From Azolla caroliniana (lineage: Eukaryota > Plantae > Polypodiophyta): a stretch of DNA of 64,000 nucleotides. Positions 11,877 through 25,800 of this stretch are shown here, one piece after another. Position 1 is the stretch's first letter; each line of letters starts with the position of its first letter. The stretch is taken from NCBI GenBank assembly GCA_043228905.1, contig JBHGNT010000013.1:1736001-1800000 (forward strand). The letters are read 5' to 3'. Below the pieces are notes generated by a model. That model made no database searches. It worked only from the letters and a program-made list of their open reading frames with translations, and was not told the DNA's origin. The translations under genes were made by a program, and so were the position numbers.

Positions 11877-12484
11877 ATTGGAGCGAAATACTTATTAGTG
11901 GGATATGATTGTTAGTGATTTTCCTAGGGTTTTATGAAGTTTTACTATGATCTATTTGGACAAGTAAAACCTCAGATTGGTTGTTGCTTGGTCCACATTA
12001 TTTAATGGAACTCTATGATGTTTCTCCAAGATAATTATGTTCATGTTGTTCTATGATGGAAAATATTTCATGTTCATTATGTTGTTTTGTGAGACTGTTA
12101 GTTACTTTGTGAGTGTGAATATGTTGGTGTTTTCTGATGTTGTAGAGTCTAAAGGGTTTGAATCTATTGCTCCTAAGGCTGATGGCAGTGTGGAAATTGT
12201 TGATGTTGTTGTGTGTTTAGAGGGCCACATCTTGAAAGTAGATGTAGCAACTAACACAAATGATCTGGTCACGCAAGTTGATCAAGCATGTTGCACATAT
12301 GATCTGATTTTGCAGGTAGATGCAACATGTGATACAAGTGGGCTGATATCGACCAGATCAGTATCTACATGCACCAAGCCAATGACTAAGTCGACAACAC
12401 AAGAGCACCAAAATGTGAAGCCAAGCCCAACACAGTCGACTAGGGGTTTGAAGAGGAAAAGGATACCAATTGTGCTGACTTGAG

Positions 12485-12952
12485 TTGATTGAAATTGATC
12501 GTGTGCTACCAGTAATTGGTGTAACAGAGGCTCAGTTACAAGAATGGAAACCTAAACCATTAGAAGTCAAAAGAAGAGCCTTGATCTTGGAGCTTGATAA
12601 AGTCCTGATGAGTGTACGATATATGACACCAAGGAGGGACACAAATCAATTTCCGAAGTGGGTTGTGCAATACTTTGATTTGTTTATTTTGAGTGAAAAA
12701 CTACGTACAGATGTGTGGCAGTGTGTAGATAGATTCTCCCCAAAGTGGCGACAACATTTCAAGGGTCAATGGACACGAGAGAATTGTGAGCAGAAGGATG
12801 TTGCAAGATTCAAAAGACTTTCTGATTTTTGGGCCACTTGGCCAGATTATAATGCCGACAATACGTTGATTCTGGATACAGAACATTTCTGGCATTACTT
12901 CAACATTCGTAGATGTTATCTCATTCTACCCAATGAAATGCCTGAACACTAG
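12485..12952 (+). pseudogene. FCP1/NIF (HAD-family phosphatase)-like cargo remnant
   Basis: RRALILELDKVL (cf. LxLDLDxTL) and FKRLSDFW..YNADNTLILD (cf. KxL..NTLLIDD). Confidence 0.55.
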
Positions 12953-13497
12953 GTGAAAACATTGAGTTGCCAACTAGCTACATGGTTGTGGACTCCATAC
13001 CAAGCTCGGTATGCAGATCATATATGTAGAGAAGTTCCACTGACCAGCAAGAGCTTAGCTGTTTATAGGTGATTTGAAGACATTGGCAATGGGATGTTAT
13101 AAATATGTAATTTGATGACAGATTAATCAATGAAGAATTAAATTGCTTGTTTTGAGTAACTTATCTATTGTGTAATTTTAAGAGTATGTTTAGGATTGCT
13201 GATTTCATGATAGTGCTTTTTCTTAAAATTATACAAACTATTTTAAATTGCTTGTTTTGGGTAACTTATCTACTGTGTAATTTTAAATTATGAAAGAAGA
13301 ACCCTAAACAATATTATTAACCTGTATATAAGAAAGAAGACTGTATATAAAAAAGACACATGATTTTATTGAGGAAAAAGCACAAAAAAGTAGACTATAT
13401 ATAAAAAACAAACTCCCAAACAGGTCCATTAAACGATTTATTTGCAATACATGTGCTTTGTTTGTTTTATAACAAAACTAGTAATTGCTACTTGTAG

Positions 13498-16400
13498 CTA
13501 CAAATTCCATGGCATACTGTTGTAAATACATTGATACACATTAGCACTAACTTTGTATAAACCTGAGCAGCTATTGTATTGCGACATTGGGACATTGATG
13601 CACCTGACCAAATGAGAGTACATGTACGCCACTGGTTTGTCTTCTAATAGCCTATACACATAATCGTAATCATCTAGTCTTGCATAAAAATACCTTTGAT
13701 GTAGAATGTCCCGGTAGATACAACATTTCCCCAAGCATCTAATATATTCTGCATTGCACACTATTTACTAACCGTGCACTTCAATATATAGAAATCAACA
13801 CCCTCTGAATTGCCTTCTTCTGCATTTACAACGAAATTATCCCCAACATTTGAGACATCACTCAGAGTATCTCCACGTCCTTGATATGTGAAATTAACAT
13901 TCTTTTTTGTTTCTCCATCAACTGCTTCCTTATCGTTTAATGTATGATACTCCCAATTCTAAATATATGATTTGTTTAAACAATACCTCCAATTTCCCTG
14001 CACATGATGGAAGCAAAAACAAGTTAATTCTCTAACCGCAATACAATGACCATCCAACCTTGAATAACCGCGAACAGCATGGAGAGATCACAATTCAGGA
14101 ATTCCTTGGCACTCCCAGGTCTTCTCCCTATTTACTTCATCTATCTTCACTTCCCAAAATTCACGTTTGATATCTCGGACTTGTGAGGAATAAACACCAG
14201 TTGCACTCGTTGACATATTAGCTCTTAAAAATTCAACTACATGTGTTGTACAATTCATCTGCACACTATTTGCCTTTAGTTGTTCATGGGTAAGTGCCCG
14301 CTTTATAACAACACCTGCACCATCATGTTCACCTTTACCATGGCCAGACCCAAAAAAATTCCATCTCATCTCTAAACGTGTTATAGCAGGATACCTCCCC
14401 ACAAAATAAAATGGATGTCTAGCCTTGAATTGTGACGCAGCTCCATCAGACCAGACCCAATGTTGAGTAAGCTCCAAACGTTTAGCTTATAACCATTACC
14501 AATGAAAGTTAAAACAATGTTGGATGAACAAGGTATCATGCTTCTTATCATCAAAAATAAAAAAATGAATTACTTTTTTAACATCACCTGAAACTCGAAA
14601 ATATGTTATGTGCACAAAAATGGTTACCTGCGCTAAACACCAATGCATAGATTGAATTTCATTCTGTTGCTTGAAAGTATAATTCTCTACGAAATCTACT
14701 ACTGAGACTACTACTTCATTTGGAAAATCAGATATGCAAGTCTTAAACTGATGGGCTTGCCATGAATAAATGAAGTTGTGTTTAATGAACTTTCCTAGAG
14801 ATACAACAAATAGAGACGCCAAATCCCTTGGTTTAAGCGACTTCCTAACTAGATCCTTTCTTTTACACACCTTTCCTTCGAAATTGGTGTCAACTGACTC
14901 AAGTAACTTGATAAAGATTAATATTTCACTACTCAATTCATTTGGACACCACCTAAATCTACTAGGGCCACAATCTTGACATAAACCTATGACACATTTA
15001 TGACTGTAGAAGATGGCCTCAGTTTCTCTTGGACACAATACTGAATCTAAAAGACAACTCATGGAAGAGATAACATGCTCAAATGATTTACAGCGCTCAT
15101 GTGGGCTCGATCGACAAATTGGGCACTCATAAGTGCAAACTGCATTAGTTAGGGAGGCGCTATGGTGACGTAGTAGATTAACAGAGTCCTTGAGAAAACC
15201 CATTTGTACATGGTAAATGCAACAACATGTGTATCGATCCTTCAAGCGTCTCGCAAAGTGTGCCTTAAGAGACTCGAATGTTTGTAGTTGAACTTTGATA
15301 TTTGGATGCATTTGCCTAAACCTAATAAAAAATCGACCTGCGTAATAAAATGGACGTACTAATTAGCTCTATAGCTAAGTGGTAGCTAATTAGCTACTAC
15401 CATAGTTTAGTACAATAGCTAATTAGTTAAGTGGTAACTAATTAGAAACTACCATAGTTTAGTACAATAGTTAATTAGGTAAGTGGTAGCAAATTAGCTA
15501 CTACCATAGTTTAGTACAATAGCTAATAAGCTAAGTGGTAGCTAATTAGCTACTACCATACTTTAGTATAGTAGCTAATTAGCTACTACCATAGTTTAGT
15601 ACAATAGCTAATTAGCTAAGGGGTAGCTAATTAGCTACTACCATAGTTTAATACAATAGCTAATTAGCTACTACCATAGTTTAGTACAGTAGCTAATTAG
15701 CTAGTTTAATATAGTAGCTAATTAGCTACTACCATAGTTTAATACAGTAGCTAATTAGCTACTACCATAGTTTAATACAGTGGCTAATTAGCTACTACCA
15801 TACTTTAGTTGAGTAGCTAATTAGCTACTACCATAGTTTAGTACAATAGTTCTCTCGTCTAACTGGTAGCTAATTAGCTACTACCATACTTTAGTTGAGT
15901 AGCTAATTAGCTACTACCATAGTTTAGTACAATAGCTAATTAGCTACCACTTAGCTAATTAACTACTACCATACTTTAGTTATAGTGGCTAATTAGCTAG
16001 TACCATACGTTAACTGAGTCGCTAATTAGCTAACTAGTAGCTAATTAGCTACTACCATACTTTAGCTAAGTAGCTAATTAGCTAAGTGGTATCTAATTAG
16101 CTACTACCATAGTTTAATACAGTAGCTAATTACCTACTACCATAGTTTAGTACAGTAGTTAATTAGTTATTACCATAGTTTAGTACAGTAGCTATTCTAG
16201 TAGGGGATTAGTAATTCTGGTAGCTAATTAACTATAGTCCTAAGCAACTAATTAGCTATTGTTATCGACAGCTAATTAGCAATTGTGGTAGCTAAATAGC
16301 TATGAATGGTACCTAATTAGCTATTCTGGAAGCTAAATAGCTATGTTCGATATTCTTAGGGAGCTAATTAGCTATTCTTGTAGCTAATTAACTATGGTAA

Positions 16401-17304
16401 TATTCTGAGGTAGGCAATTAGCTATTCGGGTATGGTCATATTCGGAGGTAGCTAATAAGCTAACTAACTAGCCTCAAAAGTCAAAACAAATGTTGAGATA
16501 AATGTAAATACCTGAGGTACATCAAGAAGATGAATGGGATGCTCCTCATATTGACTCCTTCCAACACGTTTCTTGCATAAATCCTTCTTATTGGGTGAAA
16601 CCCTACTCTCATTAGTCCAAAATATTGTGATTATATCCTTGATTTCTAATGTTATGGGTGTCGTTGGCTTACATCTTGTTAGCTTTAGTAGACTAGTTCC
16701 TTCACCAGAGGACACTATCCGGTCCAATGTATTGTACACACTTATTCTACTAACACCAATTACCTTAGATAGCACACTGATGTTAATATCGTCAACATCA
16801 CTATAAGTAACATCATTGGACTAGAACTTTTTAAGACAATATCATCTTCTGACCTGCTCATGGATACGAAACTATTACAGAGATTATTTACCAATACAGA
16901 TGTTATGTTTGCATTAAGACCATCACAATCAACTAACTCTTTATCGATGGATCATTTAATATTCCATAAAGTACTACCTTCTTGTCTTCATTGCTGATGT
17001 GCTTGGTTTGAACATTGAAATAGTCTACAACCTTTCTCTCTATGATAGTAGTCTCATTACTTCCATTCTCGGTGATATTTAGACCTATATCGCAACCAAT
17101 ACTATCTTTACCTTTAGTGAATGTGGCTTTCGTATCCTTCAACAATTGACGATGTTTTCTTTTTTTTCTTCCTGCCCAATATTTTCGTATCGCTTGTTGT
17201 GTCCTGATAGCATCATCCCTATCCTGATGATCATTGAGGGGTAATTCCAAACACCCTCCTTCCCCTTCCATTTGGCTTGACGGGTTAAACCCTAATTTTC
17301 CCAA
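13498..17304 (-). pseudogene. Sola2-type DDD transposase, spliced, degenerate
   Basis: VVDFVENYTFKQQNEIQSMHW..QVTIF, DDKKHD, WSDGAASQFK, FGSGHGKGEHDGAG..IKR, Cys-rich N-terminal half. Intron 15338-16511 (GTATTT..TACGCAG). Confidence 0.85.
15355..16465. repeat. Intronic satellite built from palindromic AGCTAATTAGCT plus ACTACCATAGTTTAGTACA
   Basis: Dozens of copies fill the transposase intron. The same motif occurs at 9105-9155, 11260-11410 and 18535-18580. Confidence 0.95.
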
Positions 17305-17399
17305 AAAGAAGACACGTATTAAAGATGGCTATGGGTAATAATAATACACAAAAATGTTCCACAATACACAAGATAATCAACAGACAGAATAGTTATTCA

Positions 17400-18340
17400 A
17401 ATCCAAGACCGAACAATGGCAGTAATCCAAGGCCGAATAGTGGCGGCAACTGAGTGTAGAATGGCGGTAGTGGAGGAGTGAACTCTGTTTGATCGAACAA
17501 TTTTGACAATCCAGGACCGAACAATGGCGGCAACTGACTGTAGAATGATGGCAATGAAGGAGTGAACTCCGTCGGATCGAACAATGGCAGATGATGCTTG
17601 GAACGCACAGAGACGACAACTGAGAGTAGAATGGCAGCAGTGGAGAAGGAGTGAACTCCTTCGGATAGAAAAGTGGCAACAATACACAACCGAACAGTAG
17701 TGGCAATTGAGTGTAGAATGATGGCAATAGATGAGTGAACTCCGTCAAATCGAAAAGTGGCAGCAATCCAGGTCGGAACAGTAGCAACAATTGAGTGTAG
17801 AATGATGGCAATGGAGGAGTGAACTCCGTCAGATCGAATAGTGGCAGATGATGCTTGGAACACACAATGATGACAACTGAGAGTAGAATGGTGGCAGTGG
17901 AGAGGGAGTGAACTCCCTTAGATCGAAAAGTGGCAGCAATACACCACCGAACAATAGCGGCAACTAAGTGTAGAATGATGGCAATGGATGAGTGAACTCC
18001 ATCAAATCGAAATGTGGCAGCAATCCAGGACCGAATAGTAGTGGCAACTAAGTGTATAATGATGGCAATGGAGGAGTGAACTCCGTCAGATCGAACAATG
18101 GTAGATGATGCTTGGAATGCACAGTGATGGCAATTGAGAGTAGAATGGCGGCAGTGGAGGAGTTAACTCTGTCGGATCGAAAAGTGGCAGCAATATACGA
18201 CCTTCACAGTAGCTGCAACTGAGTGTAGAATGGAGGCAATGGAGGAGTGAACTCTGTTGGATCAAACAGTGGCAGATGATACTTGGACCACACAGTGCCG
18301 GTAACTGTAGAATGGCGGCAATGGAGGAGTGGACTCAATA
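17400..18340. repeat. ~85-bp tandem repeat, ~11 units, with a 3-unit (~257 bp) higher-order pattern
   Basis: GTAGAATGATGGCAATGGAGGAGTGAACTCC recurs at ~17456, 17540, 17626, 17712, 17796 ... 18307, with three alternating variants. Confidence 0.9.
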
Positions 18341-19378
18341 GGGTTTAGCAATAGTGGTAGTAATCTAAGCCAAAATACTCAACCAGAGATGGCCCACATG
18401 ATGTGGCAAAGGATCATGCATAATGGACCTAGGAATTCGGTATATAATTTATGGTGCACATATCAATTTATGTTGCACATTTATGGTGCTCATTTATATA
18501 ATTAAAACTCTCTACTATTTTCAAGGGTAGCTTTTTGCATAGCTAATTTATCAATGGTAGCTTTTTGCATAGCTAATTGTTTCCACTCGCATGCTTTCAC
18601 CCTTATCGCACCGTATTTCTCAACTAATAGCTTTTGTAAGAGATTTTGGATCCTCGGGGAATGTAAGAAGTAAGTCTTTTACATCGCTACGAAGACCGGA
18701 ACAAAACTGCTCCATTAGGGCTTGTTCATCCCAAGGAATATAGCTTGCGATGAGAGGAAAATTGGCTACATATGTCGATGTTGGCTGATCACCTTGACGT
18801 AGTGTACGAATCATGTTGATCGTTGTTCTTGCCCCATCCGTATCTCCAAAGCAAGCCTTAAATTCTTTGACAAATTCCTCGAAATTATGGAGTAGAGGAG
18901 AATTTGTCTCTAATAATGGAGCAAACCACAACAACACTATGCCAGTCAATAAGGTGCCCACTAACCTGACTCGAGATGCATTTGTTGGATAATGCGTGGG
19001 ATGCATTTGAATTACCAACCGCACTTGATTCAAGAAACCTTGGAAATGCGCCCTCGAACCATCAAATTTAGCGGGATGCTGATTTTGGGCTCTTTGATAA
19101 TTCTGTGACCTTCGCCCCTTTGTTGTTGTAAAATTATGATTGTTGACTCTAGTTGTTGCACCCGTCACGTAAACTGCTCTTGTTGTTGTTGCTTTTCCAT
19201 AGTAACCTTTTGTAGATCTCCAAGAAGACGTTGATTCTCTAATTCAAGAGATGCAAACTTGGATTTAAGATTCTCCATTTCAGCAACAAGGGTGAGATAT
19301 TCTTCTAAGTTGATGGCAGCCATGGTTTCGTGATGTTTATAGAGGAGGATAAAGGAGAGAGAGGAATTCGAATCAAAC

Positions 19379-19872
19379 TGTCAGAACCAAGACAAAAGAT
19401 AGATTGAAAGAAGAAAGATATAAAGAGATCACAAGAAGAGAGGAATGAAATGATAAGATAAGAATGAATGTATTAAAGTAGAATGAGAATGGATACAAGA
19501 TAGGCGATGAGAGCTTAAGACTGGTGTTGATTCGAATTGATTTGAGAATACATGTATGCCCCTATTTATAGTTTCCTATAGAATAGCCTAGAGATTTCTA
19601 TAATGTTCTAAAATGTTCTAGACCTAGAATATTCTAAGATGTTCTAGGCTATTCTAGAATGTTCTAGACCTAGAATATTCCAAGATGTTCTAGGATATTC
19701 TAGAATGTTCTAGAATGTTCCAGAGCATTTACAATAATCAGTGTATTATAAGAAGTAGCTTTTATCATCTCATATGATCATAGGCTATCTTAATGGTTGG
19801 GTTCTTGATTATGTATTACAAGGACTTGGGTTCAAGCCCAGGTGAAGCCATGATGTTTATGTATTCATGACA
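19379..19872 (-). repeat. 5' LTR of chromovirus A
   Basis: TG..CA ends, TATA (CTATAAATAGG), TTCTAGAA repeats, followed by self-complementary PBS GTTTGATTCGAATT. Confidence 0.9.
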
Positions 19873-22800
19873 CCGTACTGTGTGCAACAAATCAGCACTC
19901 TCCTAGAGTGAGGATCATAAGTGGATGCAAGCAAGGTAGATTAATGGCAACTAGAGACAGAATCAAGCAATGAGATCAATGTACAATACAGATTGTGACA
20001 ATGTTTTTGAACAAATTGAAATTTCGTTCGAGTCGGTGAGCTTCGAAAAAATACTAAAGGTGGAACTGGCCAAGGTTGGGGAAGCTAAAGCCGAACTTCA
20101 AACTATCGAAGTTGATTGTTCAAAAATATCCTAAGTGTCCGAATTAATCTGAAGTGATTCTTCGTTACGCCCATCTGGTCCTGAAGGGATCAAAATCGAT
20201 CCGCCGAAAGACACTTGATCATCCCATCTACAACATTATCAATTGTAGATATCTTCTCGAGGCCGATTTTCCTTGAATTTACGTAGTTCCGAACAAAGTG
20301 ATATCGAATGTCGATGTGCTTCGAGTCGTTGCGATGAACCGGATTTTTCAACAGAGCGACAACACCCTAACTGTCACTGTAGACAATTGTAGCCGAATCG
20401 AGTTTGACTTGACGAAACGTGCAAACCAACCGACCGAGCCATAAGACCTCTTTTGCCGCATCGGACGCAACTACGTATTCGGCCTTGGTCGTTGATGTGG
20501 TACTGCACTCCTGAAGTTTCGATTTCCGTGAGATTGCTCCATTGTCAAACCTAAAGCAGTATCCGGTTGTTGATTTTCAACTATCCACATAGCCGACAAA
20601 GTCCTAGTCGGTATAGCTAAATACACCTGAGGTGTCGTCCGGGCCGAATAGAATGCCAAGGTCTTTTGTGCCCACCAGATATCTGAACACATGCTTTACT
20701 GCGTTTGAGTGCAATCGGCCAGGGTTGTACATGAATCTGTTGACAACTCCTACAACGTGAGCAATGTCAGGCTATGTCGCGACCATCACGTACATCAAGG
20801 AACCGATTGCCGGTGCATACAGTAATGACTTCATAATGTTCCCCTCCAAACCGGATGTCGGGCAGTCTCACTAAGACAACCGAAGGCTAATGGGGAGTGG
20901 GGTCGAAGCAGATTTAGCCGATTGCATGTTGAAGCATTCGAGGACACGTCTAATATAGTCGGATTGGGACAAAAACAATTGTCTTCGATTTCGATTCCAA
21001 CTAATCTTCATGCCGAGAATGTGTCTTGCCTGACCAAGGTCTACCGAGGTCCTTCATGGCAAACTTCAAACGCAGTTGCCGAACGAGTTCGGAAAGCTCT
21101 CCGGCTTGTCGACCAGAGATTAGCATGTTGTCCACGTAGATGATGAGGAAGATGGGTGACACATCTTGAGCTATTTTCGTGAAGAGACAGTGGTCCTCAT
21201 CACTCTTCGAGAAGCCGACTGACTGAAAGAAGTCATCAAACTTCTTATACCACTGTTGCGGTGCCTATTTTAGGCTGTAAAGACTCTTCTTGAGTCGGCA
21301 CACTAGATGTTCTTGACCGAGTGCGACGAAGCCTTTTGGCTGCTCCATATAAATTTCCTCATCTAGTCACCATGGAGGAATGTCGTTTTGAAATCTAGCT
21401 GAATTAGCTCCAAATTCTCGGCTACCACGACACCGAGCATAAAGCAGAGGGTTGTCATTTTCACCACTAGTGAAACAATTTTGTCGAAATCGACGCCATA
21501 TTCCTGTCAAAACCCTTTCGCAACTAATCTAGCCTTGAATTTTGGGGTGGCTGAATCAGACGTCTCTTTAATTCTATACACCCATTTGCATGGAAGAGCA
21601 AATCAATTTTTCGGTAGTTCGACCAAGTCCCAAGTTTGGTTTTCTTGAATGGAGTTCATCTCAGACTCCATTGGCAGATGCCAATGCTTCTTCGTATGAC
21701 GTCGGTTCTCCGGCATTCGTAAAGAAAATTCCAGGAGAGTATCTCTCCGGGGGCTGCGACCGTCTCTCAGATCTTCGAGGTATGACTGGAGTAGTCACAT
21801 CGGGTGTCGAAGTCGGATGGTCAAAAGACGAAACATTTGGCTATGCCGAGTCGGATTCTGTCGAGTCAATACTAGAGGTGTCGACTACCTGTGAAGCCGA
21901 TCTTGTGTTGTGTGTTGGGCCTTTGTGAAGGGTTGGGACATCCGAAAAAATTGCCCTTCGGACTTCGATCGGTTTTTTGGCCGATTGATGCATGCCTAAC
22001 TCATTGAACACTACATCCGAACTTTGGATGATCTATTTTTGCTCGGGGTCCTAGACTCAGTAGCCGATTTCGCCATGTGGTCTGTAACCAAGGAAAATGC
22101 ATTTCTTGGACCTTGGTGCAAGTTTGCGGCGATCGTCTTTCGGTATGAGGGCATATGCCTCACACCCGAAAATCCTCATCGTTTTTGGGCTTGAGTGCAA
22201 GGCAATCGTCTTTTATGTGTCGGGGTTTCTTGCAATAATTGTAGACTCGATTATCCCAGGACTTGCTCCAACTTTGCTGGTTGTTCGGCTGTCGTGAAGA
22301 ACCTCTTCCTCGGTTGTTCGATCGGTCGGTCGAACCTTGTACTACATATGCGTTATTGGCCGAATCTTTTGCAAACGATTTTCTCCGAGCTGCTTCAGTC
22401 AGAATTGCACTCGTGACTGAGGAGTATTTAACGGTCGTAGTCGATGCATTGCACACGGTTGTGACAAAAGTTTCCCACGAAGGGGGGAGACTACTCATAA
22501 GCAACATTGCTCTTGGTTCATCCTCAATAGTCGTCCCCTGAGCCGAAATTTGGGAGCTCAAACTTTCGTACTTGTTGAGGTGTGCCTGGACCGATTCGGA
22601 TACTTTCATCCGAAGGTTATAAAGGCGCAGTATCAAATATATCTTCGTAGAGGCTACCTTTTTTTCGTAGGTGTCTGAGAGTCGCTTCCATAGTTGGAAG
22701 GAAGTCAAACATGATTGCACCGTGAAGTACATAGACTCCATAGGTGCATTCAAATGGTGGCTCGGACAATTCTATCAAGCTTCTCCCATCCAAGTGGCTT

Positions 22801-25800
22801 GTATCCTTCTAGAGCATTTTCATTTCCGATGAGGTCGATTTGCCCCTTGACTATTAGATAGTCTTGCATCTACTCCTTCCAGAAGTTGAAGTTCGATCTG
22901 TCAAACTTCCTTAGACTCTTCTTTGACAAGATGGATGTTGATGCCATCTGTGTCAAATTTGGGAGGCTTTGTTCGGGGTTGGCTACGAACAATGGTTGGG
23001 TGTAGCAGACTGGCTCACCCGAATTCGTTCTAGTCAATTTTGAACACAAGCCGAATCTATTAGGAAATTGGTCTCTCTTAATGGGATCCGGTGATGAATA
23101 AAGAGGACCCAGTGAGAACCGAAAGAGATCTGGAAACCGGAGGAGACCCGGTGAGAACCGGAAGAGAAGACATATCTGTAAATATGTTTTGAGTAAGCCT
23201 ATTGAGGCTATATTTGTAAATAGACCTAAGTTCAAATAAGTATAAATCTGGCTTAGGGCAATCACTTTGACGGGTTGTTGTTATTATTGTCATATTGTGA
23301 TATAGAGAGATCGACAGAGGGAGAGTGAGTGAGATACAGAGTGATACTCTCTTGTAACCGCCGGTTGGCGAAGATACAGAGCTCGAGGTCATTGCCTCCG
23401 AGGCTCTGATTGTACCTTTCTCCTATAGTGATAGTTGGAGTCAGTGGGCTCTCGTAGTTTGTTTCCTATTTAGGGTTTTCCACATAAACATCTTGTGTAT
23501 TCCTTTGTGTACTCTCCACTTCCCATTCCTGTGTTTCATTCTCAGAGAAGTGTTCAAGACTCGGTTGTGGTCAAGCAATATTCTGCGTTTTTACAACAAT
23601 CTGGTATCAGAGCGAACAACACAGGAAATGGAAGAATCGTTCGGTGGCATGTTCAAGCTCACCAGCTCCAACTACTCAGTGTGGAAATCGAAGATGAGGG
23701 ATATGTTGGTGGTTAAAGATCTTTCGTTGCCGGTTCAGTTCAAGGACAAGAGACCAGATAAGATCGATGCCACAGTGTGGGAGGTGATGCACATGAAGAC
23801 GGCGGCATACATTGGGTGCTTCATCGACATGAGCCTGTACAACAACTTCAATGAAGAGGCAAGGCTCATGAACTCTAGGAGAAGATCGGCATCATGTTCT
23901 AGAACAAGAATGCCGTTAATCGGGTTTCGGTATTCCGGAAGCTAGTGAGGCTCCGATACTAGGACGGCTCCAGTATGGTGAAGCACATGAATGCCTTCTG
24001 TGGGCTTATACATCAAGCAAACTCATTAGAAGTACCTCTCGCCGATGAGGTACTAGCATTGCTCCTGCTCGATTCCCTCCAGGATAGCTGGGAGACGTTA
24101 GTTGTCACGTTGGGCAACGCCAGGCCGGAAGGAAAACTGTTGTCCCTAGCAAGGGTAAAATCAAGCTTGCTAGATGAAGAAGCTCGTCGGAAGGACCGCG
24201 AGTCTAGAACCGATGCAAAGGCCTTGGTCATGGAGTATGACCAAAACCGGGGAAGAGGTCGGTATCGGAGTCCCCAAAACCGGGACAAATCGGGGACGAG
24301 GTCGAAGTCAAGGGGGAGGCCCATGTGCTTCTATTGCGGGAAGCGAGGACACTTCCAGAAGAACTGTCGGCATTTTCGGAAAGAGAAAGAAACCAGTACT
24401 ACCGATTCAAAGAAGAGTTCGGACCGAAACGGTTCGGACCGGAAAGGCCTAGATCGGAAAGGAACGTCGGCGATCGAGACAAGTGAAGAAGAATAGATGA
24501 TCATTATTGAAGAGAATGAGTTAAACCTTGTCGGCGACGAGACAACATGGGTTGTCAATTCCGGAGCGTCGTTCCACCTGACACCGGATCGGAAATGCTT
24601 CTCATCCTACATAGTCGTTGATCATGGTTGTGTCCGGATGGGGAATGAATGCACATGCCAAATTATCGGCATGGGAGATGTGTTGTTGACGACATCAACC
24701 AGATGCAAATTGCTGTTGAAGGATGTCCGACACGTTCCGGAGGTTCGACTGAACCTGATATCAGCCGGTCAGCTAGATGATGAAGGCTACACGGGTAGCA
24801 TCCGGAACGGTGTTATGAAGTTCAGCAAAGGAAGCTTGATAGTGGCTCGAGCCCGGAAGGTCAACACATTGTACTTGATGAATGCCCGAGTATGCCGGGA
24901 AGAAGTGAACGTAGCATTCGACACTGCCGGTGAGTTGTGGTACAAAAGACTGTGTCACACGAGTGAGAAGGGGATGAAGAGGCTTGCCGAAGACAACCTC
25001 ATTCCGGTGAAGGACGTGCAACTTGAGAAGTGCACTGATTGCTTGGCCGGCAAGCAAAACCGAACCTCCTTCCGGTGAAGACCATCGATGAGACGGAATG
25101 CACCACTAGAGCTGGTGCATACCGATGTGTGTCAAGTGTACACAAAGTCACATGCCGGATCGCAGTATTTCGTGACGTTCATAGATGACCATAGCCGAAA
25201 GTTGTGGGCCATGCCTATTCCTTGAATACGGCGATGATGAGTTCGGTTACCAGATGTGGGATCTGGTCGACATGAAGGTGTTCCGGAGTCGGGACATAGT
25301 CTTCATGGAAGACAGAACCTTTGCCGACTAGGAGTCGGAGAAGAAGATGATGAACTGTGATCGTCCAATGAAAACCGGCTTGAGGACACAATGATATACC
25401 CTATTGAAAACCGGATGTTAGCCGGTAACCGGATGACACTCGACGAACCGGCCAGATATGAACAAGAAACCGAACCTACCGAAGAAGAAGAAGACACTGG
25501 AACCATAAAAGATCCCGAATCGGATGAGGATGAGGAACAAACGGAGGAACCGGCAGTTAGAAACCAAGGACGGAGATATCCTCTCCGAGACAGAAAAGGC
25601 CCCCGGAGATTTCCAAATGCAGAGCATGCGTTGCTAACCGATGAGGGGGAGCTAGAGAGCTTCGAAGAAGCAAAGAGAAACACCCACAACCGCAAGTGGT
25701 TGACTGCCATGCAGGATGAGATGGATTCCCTGCATGAGAACCACACATATGAACTGACGGAGTTGCTAAAAGGGAAGAGAGCACTCCGGAACAAGTGGGT

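Larger units (their letters stand above)
9073..18602 (-). mobile_element. Sola2-type DNA transposon, full length (9.5 kb)
   Basis: TIRs GGGT(A/G)AAAGCATGCGAGTGGAAACA at 9073-9097 and 18578-18602. 4-bp TSD TTAT at 9069-9072 and 18603-18606. Removing the element restores gag RCDNRL. GRG ends and a 4-bp TSD fit Sola2. Confidence 0.9.
7305..19872 (-). mobile_element. Ty3/Gypsy chromovirus (Tcn1/Tf-like) element A, degenerate, interrupted by Sola2 in gag and cut in RT at 7305
   Basis: 5' LTR 19379-19872 (TGTCA..TGACA). gag ~19323-18607 plus 9068-8627 (CCHC remnant), PR LLDTGANSCF, RT YLDD. Strong similarity to the intact element at 49105-54794. Confidence 0.9.

Noticed and set aside
17377-17865. 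Three overlapping repeat-protein ORFs
   Set aside because: By-products of the 85-bp tandem repeat, whose unit length is not a stable multiple of 3.
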